Assembly (NCBI GenBank): GCA_035650735.1
Contig: DASRGZ010000161.1
Span: 1-45,898 of the forward strand
DNA: 45,898 nt
Direction: 5' to 3'
Source of the DNA: Chthonomonadaceae bacterium
GTDB lineage: Bacteria > Armatimonadota > Chthonomonadetes > Chthonomonadales > Chthonomonadaceae
The notes beneath the pieces are model-generated. The model ran no database searches and was not told the origin of the DNA. It worked only from the letters and a program-made list of their open reading frames with translations. Both the position numbers and the translations under genes were made by a program. Below, in pieces: positions 27,092 through 36,920 of the stretch (position 1 is its first letter; each line of letters starts with the position of its first letter).

Positions 27092-28651
27092 ATGCGAAAA
27101 CTACTTGGCGGCCTGGCGATTATCCTGATGCTCGGCTTGGGAGTGGTGCGGCCCTCCGCGCAGGAGGGCGAGCGCAGGCCGGCTTCCATTCTCATCGTTG
27201 GAGGAACGGTGGTAGATGGGACGGGCGCGCACGGGCGGCGGGCGGATGTGCGGGTACTTGGCGATACCATCCAGGAGATCGGAAAGTTAGCGCCACAGCC
27301 CGGAGAGCGCGTGATCGATGCGCGGGGACTGGTCGTTGCGCCGGGGTTCATTGATACGCACAGCCACGCTGACGCCGGCCTGCTGGAGAAGCCGGAGGCG
27401 GAGAGCCAGATTCGCCAGGGCATCACCACCGTCATCGTCGGGCAGGATGGAGGCTCGCATTTTCCGCTTCAGATGTACTTTGAGCAGGTGCAGGCAAAGC
27501 ACATCGCGCCCAATCTGGCCAGCTTCGTCGGGCACGGAACGGTGCGCAGCCGCGTGCTGGGAACCGACTACAAGCGCCACGCCACGCCGGAAGAAGAGGC
27601 CAAGATGGCCGCGCTGGTCGATCAGGAGATGCAGGCGGGTGCGCTCGGCCTCTCCTCCGGGCTGGAGTACGATCCGGGATTCTATGCGACCACGGAGGAA
27701 GTGATCGCGTGCGCGCGGGAAGCCGGGAAGTACGGCGGCCTCTATATCAGCCATGTCCGGAATGAGGACAATCAGGCGTTTCAGTCTTTCCGCGAGCTGA
27801 TCCGCATTGCGGAGGAGGGGCATCTGCCCGCGCAAATCTCGCACATCAAGCTCGGCTCCAAAAACGTCTGGGGCAAAGCGCCGGATGTTCTCCGGTTGAT
27901 GCAGGAGGCCGACCGGCGCGGCCTGGACATCACCGCCGACGTCTATCCTTATCTCTACTGGCAGTCCACCATCACGGCGCTGGTCCCCACGCGCGACTGG
28001 GAGAACCGCGCGATATGGGAGAAGGGATTGGCCGACGTGGGCGGGCCGGAGCATGTTCTGCTCACCACCTACACCCCCGATCCCGCCTGGGCCGGCAAAA
28101 CGATTGCCGCTCTCTCCGCGCAGACGGGCAAAGACCCGGTGACCGTCATCCAGGAGGTCGTGCGCCACACGCACGGCAAGGAGGCAACGGGCCGTGAGGG
28201 CGTCGTCGTGACCGCCATGTCGGAGGACGACCTGCGCACCTTTCTGAAGGCGCCGCGGATCATGTTTTGCAGCGACGGCGTGCCGGGCGGCTCGCACCCG
28301 CGCGGGGCGGGAACCTATCCGCGCATTCTGGGCCGCTACGTGCGCGAGTACCATGTGCTGCGGCTGGAGGAAGCCATCCACAAAGCGTCGGCGCTGCCGG
28401 CCTGGCGCATGGGCTTTGCCGACCGGGGCCTGATCAAAACCGGGATGAAGGCGGATATTGTTCTCTTCGACCCCAAAACCGTTATAGATATGGCGACGAC
28501 CGCCAACCCCACCGCGCCGCCGGTGGGCCTTCCCTATGTCCTCGTCAACGGCGTGGTAGTGCTCGACAACGGCAAAATGACGGGCGAGCGGCCCGGCATG
28601 GTACTGCGAAGGCGATCCGTTCAAGCTGCCCCGATTTTCTTCCCTCGGTAG
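27092..28651 (+). CDS. N-acyl-D-amino-acid deacylase family amidohydrolase with signal peptide
   Basis: VVDGTG, APGFIDTHSH, GLSSGLEY, SHVRNE, SHIK, DVYPY, SDG..HPRGAGTYPR, ADIVLFDP; ATG 27092 after AAGGAG. Confidence 0.92.
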   Translation: MRKLLGGLAIILMLGLGVVRPSAQEGERRPASILIVGGTVVDGTGAHGRRADVRVLGDTIQEIGKLAPQPGERVIDARGLVVAPGFIDTHSHADAGLLEKPEAESQIRQGITTVIVGQDGGSHFPLQMYFEQVQAKHIAPNLASFVGHGTVRSRVLGTDYKRHATPEEEAKMAALVDQEMQAGALGLSSGLEYDPGFYATTEEVIACAREAGKYGGLYISHVRNEDNQAFQSFRELIRIAEEGHLPAQISHIKLGSKNVWGKAPDVLRLMQEADRRGLDITADVYPYLYWQSTITALVPTRDWENRAIWEKGLADVGGPEHVLLTTYTPDPAWAGKTIAALSAQTGKDPVTVIQEVVRHTHGKEATGREGVVVTAMSEDDLRTFLKAPRIMFCSDGVPGGSHPRGAGTYPRILGRYVREYHVLRLEEAIHKASALPAWRMGFADRGLIKTGMKADIVLFDPKTVIDMATTANPTAPPVGLPYVLVNGVVVLDNGKMTGERPGMVLRRRSVQAAPIFFPR

Positions 28652-28668
28652 AGTTTCAGGAGGCTAGA

Positions 28669-30657
28669 GTGGCCCTTTCTCCACAAGCAACAACGGAGAA
28701 GTCTGCCAAAACAAGAGGAGCGCCGGAACCGGAACGACAAGCAGCCTACGATCCCGGCCTGACCACGCGATCACTGGTGATCGCCGTTCTCTTGACCGTG
28801 CTTTCCGGGCTCTGGGTGCGCCAGTCCGAGATCGCGGCCCTTACCACCCAGATCACCGAAAGCGTACCCGCGATCCCCGGACTGGCGGCGCTCGTCCTGC
28901 TGCTGCTGGTGAACGTGATTCTGCGGCGCATCCGGGGCGGGCGTCCCTTCACGCGCGCCGAGATACTGGTCGTCTTCCTCTTTGTCACCATCAGCACGAC
29001 GGTCATGGGTATTGGCGTGCTGCAGTTCGTCTTTGCGCTGATGTGCGCGCCGTTTTACTACACCGCCAACGATATTCCTACCCTGCGGCCCTTCCTGCCC
29101 CAGTGGCTGCTGCCCCACAATCCGAGCCTGATACGTCACCTCTACGAAGGCGCTCCGAACGGTCAGGTGCCCTGGGCGTTCTGGTGGGCGCCGGGCCTGA
29201 TCTGGCTGGGCTTCTTCCTGGCGTTGTGGTGCACGATGTACTGCATGATGGCGCTGTTCTACCGCGTCTGGGCCGAGGAGGAGCGGTTGGCCTTCCCCCT
29301 GGTGTTCCTGCCGATGGAGATGACCGAGGGCGAGAGCGGCACCGGCAACTTCTTCCGCAACAAACTCATGTGGGGCGGCTTCGCGGTGGCGGCGGTCTAC
29401 AACCTGGTCAATATCGTCCATGCCCTCTATCCCTCCCTGCCCCCCTTTGGCAAGGAGTACGACTTCACGCCCGCGCTCACCAACCCGCCCTGGAACGCGC
29501 TGGTCCCCCTCGGCTTCTACTTCCGCCCGGAGATGATCGGGCTGGGATATCTCGTCTCGACCAATATCAGCCTGACGGTCTGGCTCTCGTTTTTCCTCCT
29601 GAAGCTGGGCGCGGTGTTCGCCGCCTCGCAGGGCTATGAGCCGCGCGAGCTCTATCCGCAGGAACAGGGGATCGGCGCGTTTCTGGTGCTGGCCGTCATG
29701 CTGGTGTGGCTAGCGCGACGCCACCTCTGGGCCGCATGGCGAGCCGCTCTCTCCGGGCGGCAGACCGTCGGGCCGGAGGGCATCTCTTATCGCTGGATGT
29801 TCCTGGGCTTTTTCGGCGGGTTCGCGGCGGTATGGGCGTTTGCGACGGCGGCGGGCATGGCGGCCTGGGTGGCCTTTCTCTATCTGGCCGTGGTGCTGGC
29901 GGTCGCGCTGGTCTATGGGCGGATGCGCGGACAGGCGGGCGTGCCGCTGGTATGGCTGTTCCCGTTCTTCATGCAGAAGCAGGCGTTCCTCTACACCTTC
30001 GGCTCACAGCCGTTTGCGGCCAGCGGCCAGACGACCCTGCCGGCCTGGGCGCTCTTCTCCTTCCTGGCGCGCGGCTACTATCCGACGATGACCGGCTACC
30101 AGATCGAGGGTATGGAGATCACGCGGCGGGCGCACATCAATCCCAAGCGCGTGGCGTTCGCGGTCTTCCTGGCGCTGGTGGTCGGCTTCGTGGTCGGCTG
30201 GTACAACCATCTGGTGCCTTACTACCACCAGGGGGCGCTGCATGGGCGGGACGGCATCTGGGGAACGGGGGAGGCCCTTAGCGAGTACCAGTCGGCGGCC
30301 CAGTATGCCGTGACGCCCAAGCAGCCGGAGCTACAGCGCATCTGGGCGACGGGGATCGGGGCGTTCATGGTGATCGTGCTGACTTTTCTGCACCTGCGCT
30401 TTACCAGTTTTCCTCTGCACCCGCTCGGCTACGCCATGACCTGTAGCTACGGCAGCCTGATCTGGGGCTCGTTCTTCATCGTCTGGCTCTTGAAATCGCT
30501 GATGCTGCGCTACGGCGGCATGAAGCTCTACCGGCAGACCATTCCGTTTTTCCTGGGTTTTGCGCTGGGGCATTTCGCGGTGGCGGGCATTTTATGGGGC
30601 CTGACCGGGGTCTGGACCGGCGAGGCGGTGAAGGGGTACGCGGTCTGGTTCGGATGA
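28669..30657 (+). CDS. DUF6785/DUF6784-type polytopic membrane protein (putative OPT-like transporter)
   Basis: Many TM segments; WAEEERLAFPLVFLP, FFRNKLMWGGF, FPLHPLGY, KSLMLRYGG..YRQTIPFFLG; GTG 28669 after CAGGAGG. Confidence 0.8.
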   Translation: MALSPQATTEKSAKTRGAPEPERQAAYDPGLTTRSLVIAVLLTVLSGLWVRQSEIAALTTQITESVPAIPGLAALVLLLLVNVILRRIRGGRPFTRAEILVVFLFVTISTTVMGIGVLQFVFALMCAPFYYTANDIPTLRPFLPQWLLPHNPSLIRHLYEGAPNGQVPWAFWWAPGLIWLGFFLALWCTMYCMMALFYRVWAEEERLAFPLVFLPMEMTEGESGTGNFFRNKLMWGGFAVAAVYNLVNIVHALYPSLPPFGKEYDFTPALTNPPWNALVPLGFYFRPEMIGLGYLVSTNISLTVWLSFFLLKLGAVFAASQGYEPRELYPQEQGIGAFLVLAVMLVWLARRHLWAAWRAALSGRQTVGPEGISYRWMFLGFFGGFAAVWAFATAAGMAAWVAFLYLAVVLAVALVYGRMRGQAGVPLVWLFPFFMQKQAFLYTFGSQPFAASGQTTLPAWALFSFLARGYYPTMTGYQIEGMEITRRAHINPKRVAFAVFLALVVGFVVGWYNHLVPYYHQGALHGRDGIWGTGEALSEYQSAAQYAVTPKQPELQRIWATGIGAFMVIVLTFLHLRFTSFPLHPLGYAMTCSYGSLIWGSFFIVWLLKSLMLRYGGMKLYRQTIPFFLGFALGHFAVAGILWGLTGVWTGEAVKGYAVWFG

Positions 30658-30681
30658 CCTCACCTCCGGCTCCTCAGAAGC

Positions 30682-31003
30682 GGGCGAATGAATTCGCGGC
30701 AACAAAGGCACAAAGTCCCCTTGCGGGGACTAAACCCTCCCCTCTCCCGCGCTGCGGGAGAGGGGTTGGGGGTGAGGGCCACAACCATCTCAAGCTGGGT
30801 CACCCCCTCCCTCGTAGGGTCGCCAGGCGGAGGGCTGTGGCAAGGCGGAGGCAGGGGCCCTAACCCTGCCGACCCTGGCAGTCCATTGCAGGCCCGACCC
30901 TGGCAGTGGCGCGAACCGTTGAGCGCCGACCCTGGCAGTGGGGGACGGGGGGTTAGGTCAAACACGAAGGAGAGGGGAAAAAGGGGTGGGGGCTTCTCCC
31001 CTC
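30682..31003. repeat. Cluster of palindromic repeats between convergent genes: GCGAATGAATTCGC-type REP, family B hairpins and a nested insert (30820-30938)
   Basis: GGCGAATGAATTCGCGGCAAC...AGTCCCCTTGCGGGGACT; CCCCTCTCCCGCGCTGCGGGAGAGGGG; reverse complement of the 7943-8110 unit. Confidence 0.8.
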
Positions 31004-32017
31004 TCATTTCAGGCCCTGCAGCTGGATTCCCTTCATGAGTTGTTCCCGGAAAATTAAGAACGCCAGGAACATCGGGATCGACTCGACGACGGCTAGCGCC
31101 ATCAGCGCATTGTAGCCGACGCCGGAAGCCAGAAGCTGCTGTGTAGCGGGGTCCATGCTGCCCTGGCTGGGCTGCCAACTGGTCAGCGAGTATTGCAGCT
31201 TGTAGAGGGCAACCGAGAGCGGCCACTTGCCCTGCTCGCTCATCAGCACGATCCAGGGGCCGAGGAACTCGTTCCAGGCGGCGGTGAAGGCGAAGTAGAC
31301 CGTGACCGCCAGGATAGGCCGTGCCAATGGAAGCATGACTGCGCGCATCGTCGTCAGTTCCGAGGCCCCGTCTATGCGGGCGGCATCCATCAGCTCGGTG
31401 GGCAGCGTATCGAAGAAGCCCTTGAAGAGCAAAAAGTTGAACGCATTAAAGGCGGCAGGCAGGATCACGCCCCAGTACGAGCCGATGAGCGAGAAAGAAG
31501 GCATCTGCGCGCCCGCGATAGACGGAATGTTCTGCGTGGGCCAGGGAAAGTGCGACAGCAGCAGGAAGCGCGGCACGATGGCGATCTGGCCGGGCACCAT
31601 GAGCGTGCCGATGAAAAACAGGAACAGCAGGCGGGCGGCGCGGGGCGCGTGCATCTTCGAGACGGCGTAAGCGGCCATTGCTGTCACCGGAATCTGCAAG
31701 AGCACGGTCAGCGATGAGATATAGATGCTGTTGCGGACATAGGTGATAAGCGGGTAGCGGAACACGTCAATGTTGAGGTTTAGCCCGCCCGCCGTCACGG
31801 AGGTGAACAGCAGCTTATAGGATGCTATGGAGGGGTGACGCGGCCATAGGTGGAACGGGTCCTCAAATATCTCATGCGTCGGCTTGAGCGAGGCCGAGAT
31901 CATCCACACAACCGCAAACAGGTGCAGCGCCACGCCGATCCAGAGGAACGCAGCTATACATAAGAGCGCCAGCCGCACTTTCGCGCGGCGCTTTCCAACT
32001 TCGGGTATCAGGGGCAT
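31004..32017 (-). CDS. Carbohydrate ABC transporter permease (MalG-like)
   Basis: AMAAYA, LMVPGQIAIVP, EAA loop ELMDAARIDGASE, AWNEFLGP. Confidence 0.93.
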   Translation of the reverse strand: MPLIPEVGKRRAKVRLALLCIAAFLWIGVALHLFAVVWMISASLKPTHEIFEDPFHLWPRHPSIASYKLLFTSVTAGGLNLNIDVFRYPLITYVRNSIYISSLTVLLQIPVTAMAAYAVSKMHAPRAARLLFLFFIGTLMVPGQIAIVPRFLLLSHFPWPTQNIPSIAGAQMPSFSLIGSYWGVILPAAFNAFNFLLFKGFFDTLPTELMDAARIDGASELTTMRAVMLPLARPILAVTVYFAFTAAWNEFLGPWIVLMSEQGKWPLSVALYKLQYSLTSWQPSQGSMDPATQQLLASGVGYNALMALAVVESIPMFLAFLIFREQLMKGIQLQGLK

Positions 32018-32035
32018 CAATGCCTCCGGCGTTAA

Positions 32036-32103
32036 GAGTGCCTAACAACACCTCCCTTGTTCCTCTCAAAAGAGAGGGCTCTACGAGGTCTTGCTAGGTG
32101 CTT
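32036..32103. mobile_element. Second copy of the IS5/IS1031-like MITE, between the permease genes
   Basis: TAA|GAGTGCCTAACAAC ... CTTGCTAGGTGCTT|TAA; left end identical to 26962 for 13 bp. Confidence 0.5.
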
Positions 32104-32112
32104 TAAGGATGG

Positions 32113-32991
32113 TCAGGAAACGTCCAGGTCTTCGCGATAGACCCGGCGCTGGATGATCACGATGGTCATGATCACAAAGAACAGCACGATGGCGAGCGCG
32201 GTGGCTTTGCCGAGATTGAAGGCGCTGAACGCCTGGTTATAGATCTGCATGACGACCGTGGTGGTGGCGTATCCGGGGCCGCCGCCTGTCATGACGAAGG
32301 GCAGCTCGAATACCTGCATCACGCCGATCACGCTGAAGATCAGCATCATGGCGATGATGGGACGCAGGCGCGGCATCGTCACGAACCGGATCTTCTGGAA
32401 AAACCGCGCGCCTTCGAGCTCGGCGGCCTCGTAGAGTTCGGCGGGGATGCTTTGCAGGGCGGCAATATACATCAGGCCGGGGCCGAACATAATCAGGCCG
32501 GGCAGCACCAGAGAGAGCATCGCCAGGTTCGGGTCGTCTAGCCACTTCTGCGTCGGCAGGTGCAGCGCCATCAGCAGGCCGTTGAGCAGGCCCAGCGTCG
32601 GATGGTACATATACTTCCAGATGACGATGCCCGCCATCGAGGCCACCGGGATAAACCAGAGGATCATCATCCATCGGATCGTGCGCTGCTTCATTTCCAT
32701 CAGCAGAATGGAAACAAAGATCGGCACGAAGAACGTCAGTCCAAGCGAGAGGATGGCGTAGAGGAAGGTGTTTTTGAACGCCTCCAGGGTCAGCGGGTCC
32801 TGGACGACGGCGCGAAAGTTCTCCATGCCGACAAAATCGGCTGGCTTGGCGAAGTAGTAGCGCTGGAAGGCGACCAGGAACGCGATCAGGATGGGAAACC
32901 AGCCAAAAAAGAACTGAAACAGCAGTGCCGGCAGGGTAAACCACCACGCGGCGATGCGTATATGACGTGGGCGTAAGGCCCCGGTTTGCAC
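32113..32991 (-). CDS. Carbohydrate ABC transporter permease (MalF-like)
   Basis: FVGMENF, GLLNGLL, AALQSIPAELYEAAELEGA, MTGGGPG; GTG 32991 after AAGGAG. Confidence 0.93.
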   Translation of the reverse strand: MQTGALRPRHIRIAAWWFTLPALLFQFFFGWFPILIAFLVAFQRYYFAKPADFVGMENFRAVVQDPLTLEAFKNTFLYAILSLGLTFFVPIFVSILLMEMKQRTIRWMMILWFIPVASMAGIVIWKYMYHPTLGLLNGLLMALHLPTQKWLDDPNLAMLSLVLPGLIMFGPGLMYIAALQSIPAELYEAAELEGARFFQKIRFVTMPRLRPIIAMMLIFSVIGVMQVFELPFVMTGGGPGYATTTVVMQIYNQAFSAFNLGKATALAIVLFFVIMTIVIIQRRVYREDLDVS

Positions 32992-33112
32992 GATGGGCGC
33001 TCCTTTCGAACGGGTATAACAGAGAGGAACATTATTTAAAGAGGCGAAGCGCACGCGCACCGTGCGGCCCAACATACCGCATGAGCACGGGCTGCACGCG
33101 CGAGGGATGTGG

Positions 33113-33391
33113 ATGTCCATTCTAAACGCCGCACGTATCGTATTCCTGGTCTTGCTGGCAGCCTGGGGAGCGACCAGTATGCTCGGGCTCCTCTATCGCC
33201 CTGAAGTGCCGCTGATGCGGCGGGCTCGCCTGCTGTCGGGGCTTTGCGGCGTCCTGCTGGCCCTGGCCCTGCTGGGGCTGGGAGCCGGCTGGCTGTGGCC
33301 CTCGGTGGCGGTAGGCCTGGTTGGTATCGGCTGCGGCGCGGCCTGGCTTTATATCCTCTTTAAACAGTCCCTCAACAACACGACGATGTAG
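33113..33391 (+). CDS. Small hypothetical membrane protein (about 3 TM)
   Basis: 92 aa with three hydrophobic segments; fills the intergenic gap; GAGGG upstream. Confidence 0.55.
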   Translation: MSILNAARIVFLVLLAAWGATSMLGLLYRPEVPLMRRARLLSGLCGVLLALALLGLGAGWLWPSVAVGLVGIGCGAAWLYILFKQSLNNTTM

Positions 33392-33461
33392 TTCGCCATT
33401 CCCGGCTTCAGTTCCTACGCGTGTCATCCCCGCTCAGGTTCCTTCTGTATTCGGTTGCGGC

Positions 33462-33873
33462 CCTCACCCCCTGTCCCCCCACTGCCAGGGTCAGGCCTAC
33501 AATGGACTGCCATGGTTGGGCCTACAATGGTTGGGCCCCTGCTCGGGTCGGCAAGGTGCTGCAAGGAACGGGCCTGCCATGGTTGGGCCCTCTGCCTTGC
33601 GAGGCCCTTGCCTCCGCCTAGCCACACCTGGCCACAGCCCTCCGCCTGGCGAGCCACGCTGCGGGAGAGGGGAGAGGGCTTCACTCTTAGGTTCGTCCGT
33701 TCTCCCTTATCTCCCCTCATCCCCGGCCCTTCTCCCTTGCAGGGAGAAGGGGGAACAAAAGCCGGGTCACCCCCTTCCCTTGTAGGGTCGCTAGGCGGAG
33801 GAACGAGCGTGCGCAGTTCCGACCCTAGCGGTGGGGGACGGGGGGTTAGGTCAAGAAGAACCGGGGGTGAGGG
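33462..33873. repeat. Family B hairpin cluster with nested inserts (33482-33652, 33788-33831)
   Basis: CCCTCACCCCCTGTCCCC[insert]CCACGCTGCGGGAGAGGGGAG; GGGTCACCCCCTTCCCTTGTAGGG[insert]TGGGGGACGGGGGGTTAGGTC, as at 7943 and 30798. Confidence 0.8.
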
Positions 33874-33907
33874 CCATATGAGAAAACGGAAGAACCATAC
33901 GGCGAGG

Positions 33908-35305
33908 TTAGTTTGAGGGTGGGCGCACGTCTATGTGAACGTGGTCGGCGGCGTCCGGAAATAGAGCATAGATCATCACGCCGCGCTTTCGCGCCGCCTC
34001 CAGCGCCTTACGGAGGCGCGTGTCGGCCAGGGCCGAGGCTGGCGCGTAGGATTCGTTGCGGAAGCGCAGGATGTGCGGAAGCGGATGTCCCTCCGCATCA
34101 CGGACGATCTGGCCGTCGTGGAGGAGAGGCGCCACCACGCCGTCGGCAATCTCAAATTCCTGGGGCGGGAAGAATGGCCAGGGACGCCGAGGCTTGCCCA
34201 GATGGATGCCGACCGCTGCGCCCACTGCCAGGGCATTCCAGGGGGACGCCTTCAGTGCCGCACCATCCGATAGGGAGGCTGTGAGGCCGTCGAGCAGTTC
34301 TTGCAGATCGGGCTCCAGGGGCGGGCGGCCAGCGACAGCAGGCGTCTCCGGGGCCTTAGGCATACCTATCCGATAATACCCCGGCGGCAGGTCGCGCAGG
34401 AGCGCCAGTGTCATGGCGACGCATTCTTCCGGGTGTGACTGCGTAATGCGATGCCCGGCATAGGCGGCGATGTCAGCGGCGATGCCGCGCGCGTGGGGGT
34501 TCCTGGGGCTGCTGCGCGGATGGGTGGGCGTGGGGTAAGGCGCGCGCAGCAGGCTTAGCACTTCGAGCGGCCGGCGCGGCGTAGAGCGCGCCGCCAGCGC
34601 CAGCAGTGTCCGCATTAGCCGTGGCGAGGGCGTCGTGGGAGGGGGAGGGGCCGCCTGGCTTTCTGCATTCAGAATCTCGGCAGGGTTGCCATCCGGCATT
34701 GCGCGCGGTTCCAAAGATGCGCCGCGTGCGGAGAGGACTCGCGCCGTGCTCCGACTCGCCGTTGAGTTGGACGTCTCCAGGCGGAAGGGATCGGGCGGAA
34801 ATACGGATGGGACCGTGCCGATATTGGGCAGGGGCACCGCAGGGACGGCAGGCTCGGAGCGCCGCGCGGAAGGCATGGGCGGAGGCGGAGGCCACGGGTA
34901 GGCGCCATCGCGCTCCAGTCGGCGCAACTGCGCTCCTTCCCGCCAGGCGACGGTCAGCGTCAGGCGTCCGGCGTGCATCTGCTGCTGCAACTGCCGCGCT
35001 AACTGAGCGATAGCGGCCCTGTCCGCCGGCAGGTCTTTCTGCTCCGGCAGGGAAGACCGGCGTGGTTTCTCTGTTTCGGAGGCGGCCTGTTTTGTCGGAG
35101 ACTGTGGCTCGGAAGAGCGCGGGCGTGTTGCCGGCAAGTCGCGCTCCAGGGGGAGGGCCTGCGATATGATGGGAGGCTGCATTTGCCGGGCCAGATGGAG
35201 GCGGGGCGCGGCCCGCTCTCCCTTCTGCGCGCAGGCGGTAAGCAGTGTGGAGAGACCGAGTAGCAAGAGGACATAGATCGAGGTGGTCAAACGCGGAAGC
35301 GGCAT
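33908..35305 (-). CDS. Putative lipoprotein with LAS/M15-like metallopeptidase motifs
   Basis: Lipobox LLTA-C; Pro-rich linker; NPHARGIAADI (H-x6-D) and C-terminal DHVHID (HxH). Confidence 0.65.
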   Translation of the reverse strand: MPLPRLTTSIYVLLLLGLSTLLTACAQKGERAAPRLHLARQMQPPIISQALPLERDLPATRPRSSEPQSPTKQAASETEKPRRSSLPEQKDLPADRAAIAQLARQLQQQMHAGRLTLTVAWREGAQLRRLERDGAYPWPPPPPMPSARRSEPAVPAVPLPNIGTVPSVFPPDPFRLETSNSTASRSTARVLSARGASLEPRAMPDGNPAEILNAESQAAPPPPTTPSPRLMRTLLALAARSTPRRPLEVLSLLRAPYPTPTHPRSSPRNPHARGIAADIAAYAGHRITQSHPEECVAMTLALLRDLPPGYYRIGMPKAPETPAVAGRPPLEPDLQELLDGLTASLSDGAALKASPWNALAVGAAVGIHLGKPRRPWPFFPPQEFEIADGVVAPLLHDGQIVRDAEGHPLPHILRFRNESYAPASALADTRLRKALEAARKRGVMIYALFPDAADHVHIDVRPPSN

Positions 35306-35356
35306 GGTTTCCTCCCGGTGCAGCGAATTCCTTAAACTTCCCGGCAGGCAGTGCCT

Positions 35357-36019
35357 TCATCCGCCCGAGGGAGAGTCGGACGGCGCCGGGGAAGGCAGCC
35401 TGCGCGGCGCAGGGGCAATCAACTCAAGGCTGCGATAGGCCAGCGTGAGCCAGGGACGGCTTAAGTTCAGCGCGGAGAAAGGGCTTTCCTCCGGAATCTC
35501 CCAGCGCGCCTCGGCCAGCCCTACGCGGCAGGTGAGCGCGCCTGTGAAATAGAGCCGCTCTGGCCCCAGAACGCTGAAAACGGGCAGAGGAAAGCGCAGC
35601 GGCAGGGTGCCGCGCGTCCGGTTGAGATGCAGCGTACAGAGACGGCGCTCTCCCTGCCGCACGGCGAGGCGGCCTAGCTCTCCTGGCTCCCAGGCGAATT
35701 GCGCTATTTCTTTGGGCAGGCCCCAGATCTGCCGACCTCCCGCCAGGGAAGCCGCGCTGTCTACATAGATATGGGATATCCACGCGCCAACCCGATAGCC
35801 ACAGCGCACCAGCGCCGCCACGACAATCAGCTCGTGGTATTCCAGCGTTGATCCAGGGCCGTAAGAAGCCAGGTAGAGGCCGCCCAGCGTTTTGCCGGGC
35901 CAGACCGGGATCGGCTTCAACTCAGGAGGGATAAGCGCGCGCGCCCGCTCCCTGTCCACCGGTTGAATGCTCTGGAAGGCATGGCCCTGCAACCGCCAGG
36001 GGGCTGGCGGATACGTCAT
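35357..36019 (-). CDS. Acetoacetate decarboxylase family protein
   Basis: YPPAPWRLQG, YHELIV, WISHIYVD...GGRQIWGLPKE. Confidence 0.88.
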   Translation of the reverse strand: MTYPPAPWRLQGHAFQSIQPVDRERARALIPPELKPIPVWPGKTLGGLYLASYGPGSTLEYHELIVVAALVRCGYRVGAWISHIYVDSAASLAGGRQIWGLPKEIAQFAWEPGELGRLAVRQGERRLCTLHLNRTRGTLPLRFPLPVFSVLGPERLYFTGALTCRVGLAEARWEIPEESPFSALNLSRPWLTLAYRSLELIAPAPRRLPSPAPSDSPSGG

Positions 36020-36024
36020 TGCGC

Positions 36025-36477
36025 TTACTTTCCAAGCACATTCTCATGCAAAGCCGTGCCGCCATAGCCGCCCATGCCCCCACCGCCGACGCCGCCCAAT
36101 CTCCTGGCACCGGACCATCCGGGAACAAGACGGCACGTCAGCTCCTCCTTCGACTCCAGGCGCAGCGTCGCGCTGACACCGGAGCGGTTCACGGCTCTGG
36201 ATCTGGCATTCCTCGCGGCGACAAGAAAATCCTTCCCCTGCTGCGCCGTCACTGTTTGGGATTTGCTGTCCGGCCCCGGCGCATTCTCGGCGGCATCCGC
36301 CGCATAGGAGCGCAGGAGTTTGGGCCAGAGCTTGCGGAACAGCCCCGGATCGCCGAAGATGTCGGCGGCGACGATCTTGCCGTTGACCGCCGCGACCATG
36401 CCCACCAGATGCGGGTCATTATCGAGGCTGTGCATCAGAACTCTGTAATACGCGCCCACGCCCGTTTTCGCCTCGCC
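36025..36477 (-). pseudogene. 5'-truncated DUF6569/ARPP-1-like gene (C-terminal portion only)
   Basis: VGMVAAVNGKIVAADIFGDPGLFRKLWPKLLRSYAADA resembles the C-terminal part of DUF6569 proteins; no RBS, and the frame abuts a transposase remnant near 36478. Confidence 0.6.
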
Positions 36478-36478
36478 C

Positions 36479-36920
36479 GCACACGCACCAGAAAATACCA
36501 GCCATAACCGGCTACCAGGTCGGTAAAGGCAGGCGTGCCAAAAGCCCGAGCCGCCAGCACCGTCACGCTCACTCCACAGGGCAGCAGCGACGCCGCCGTA
36601 GCTAGCAAGGCCGAAACACGCGTCCAGAACCGCTCGCCTTCTAAGCTCTGGTTACCCGGCCAGACCGCCCAGCACAGCGGCAGGGCGCGTCCCCGTTACC
36701 AGACCGCAAGCGTCAGCATCACCAGCCGTGCCTCCTGGCAGGTCGGATCGCGGATGAACACCAGGTGCCGGGGCTTGCCTAAGGCCAGGTGGGTCCGGGC
36801 CCAGGGATGCAGACACAGGGTAGCCAGCACTTCTGGGTCATTGCTGACCTGCGGGCTTGGAAGCACCCGAGGGCCCAACGCTCTGCCCGGCTCCGCGAGT
36901 GTAGGCGGGAAGGGTAGCAC
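36479..36920 (-). mobile_element. Degenerate IS4-superfamily DDE transposase fragment
   Basis: Reading through the TAA at 36696-36698 gives LVFIRDPTCQEARLVMLTLAVW*RGRALPLCWAVWPGN...VTVLAARAFGTPAF...GWYFLVRV, matching the GRALPLxW and LADRxF/GWxFxxR pattern of IS4-like transposases with the second Asp lost. Confidence 0.75.

Noticed and set aside
28267..28668. N-terminal 134 aa of the 796-aa ORF
   Set aside because: Overlaps the aminoacylase gene; GTG 28669 has a strong RBS.
30594..31226. ORFs over the repeat clusters (also 2176-2424, 7852-8069, 33321-33916, 42970-43251)
   Set aside because: Translations of GC-rich palindromic repeats; their mutual similarity comes from the DNA repeat.
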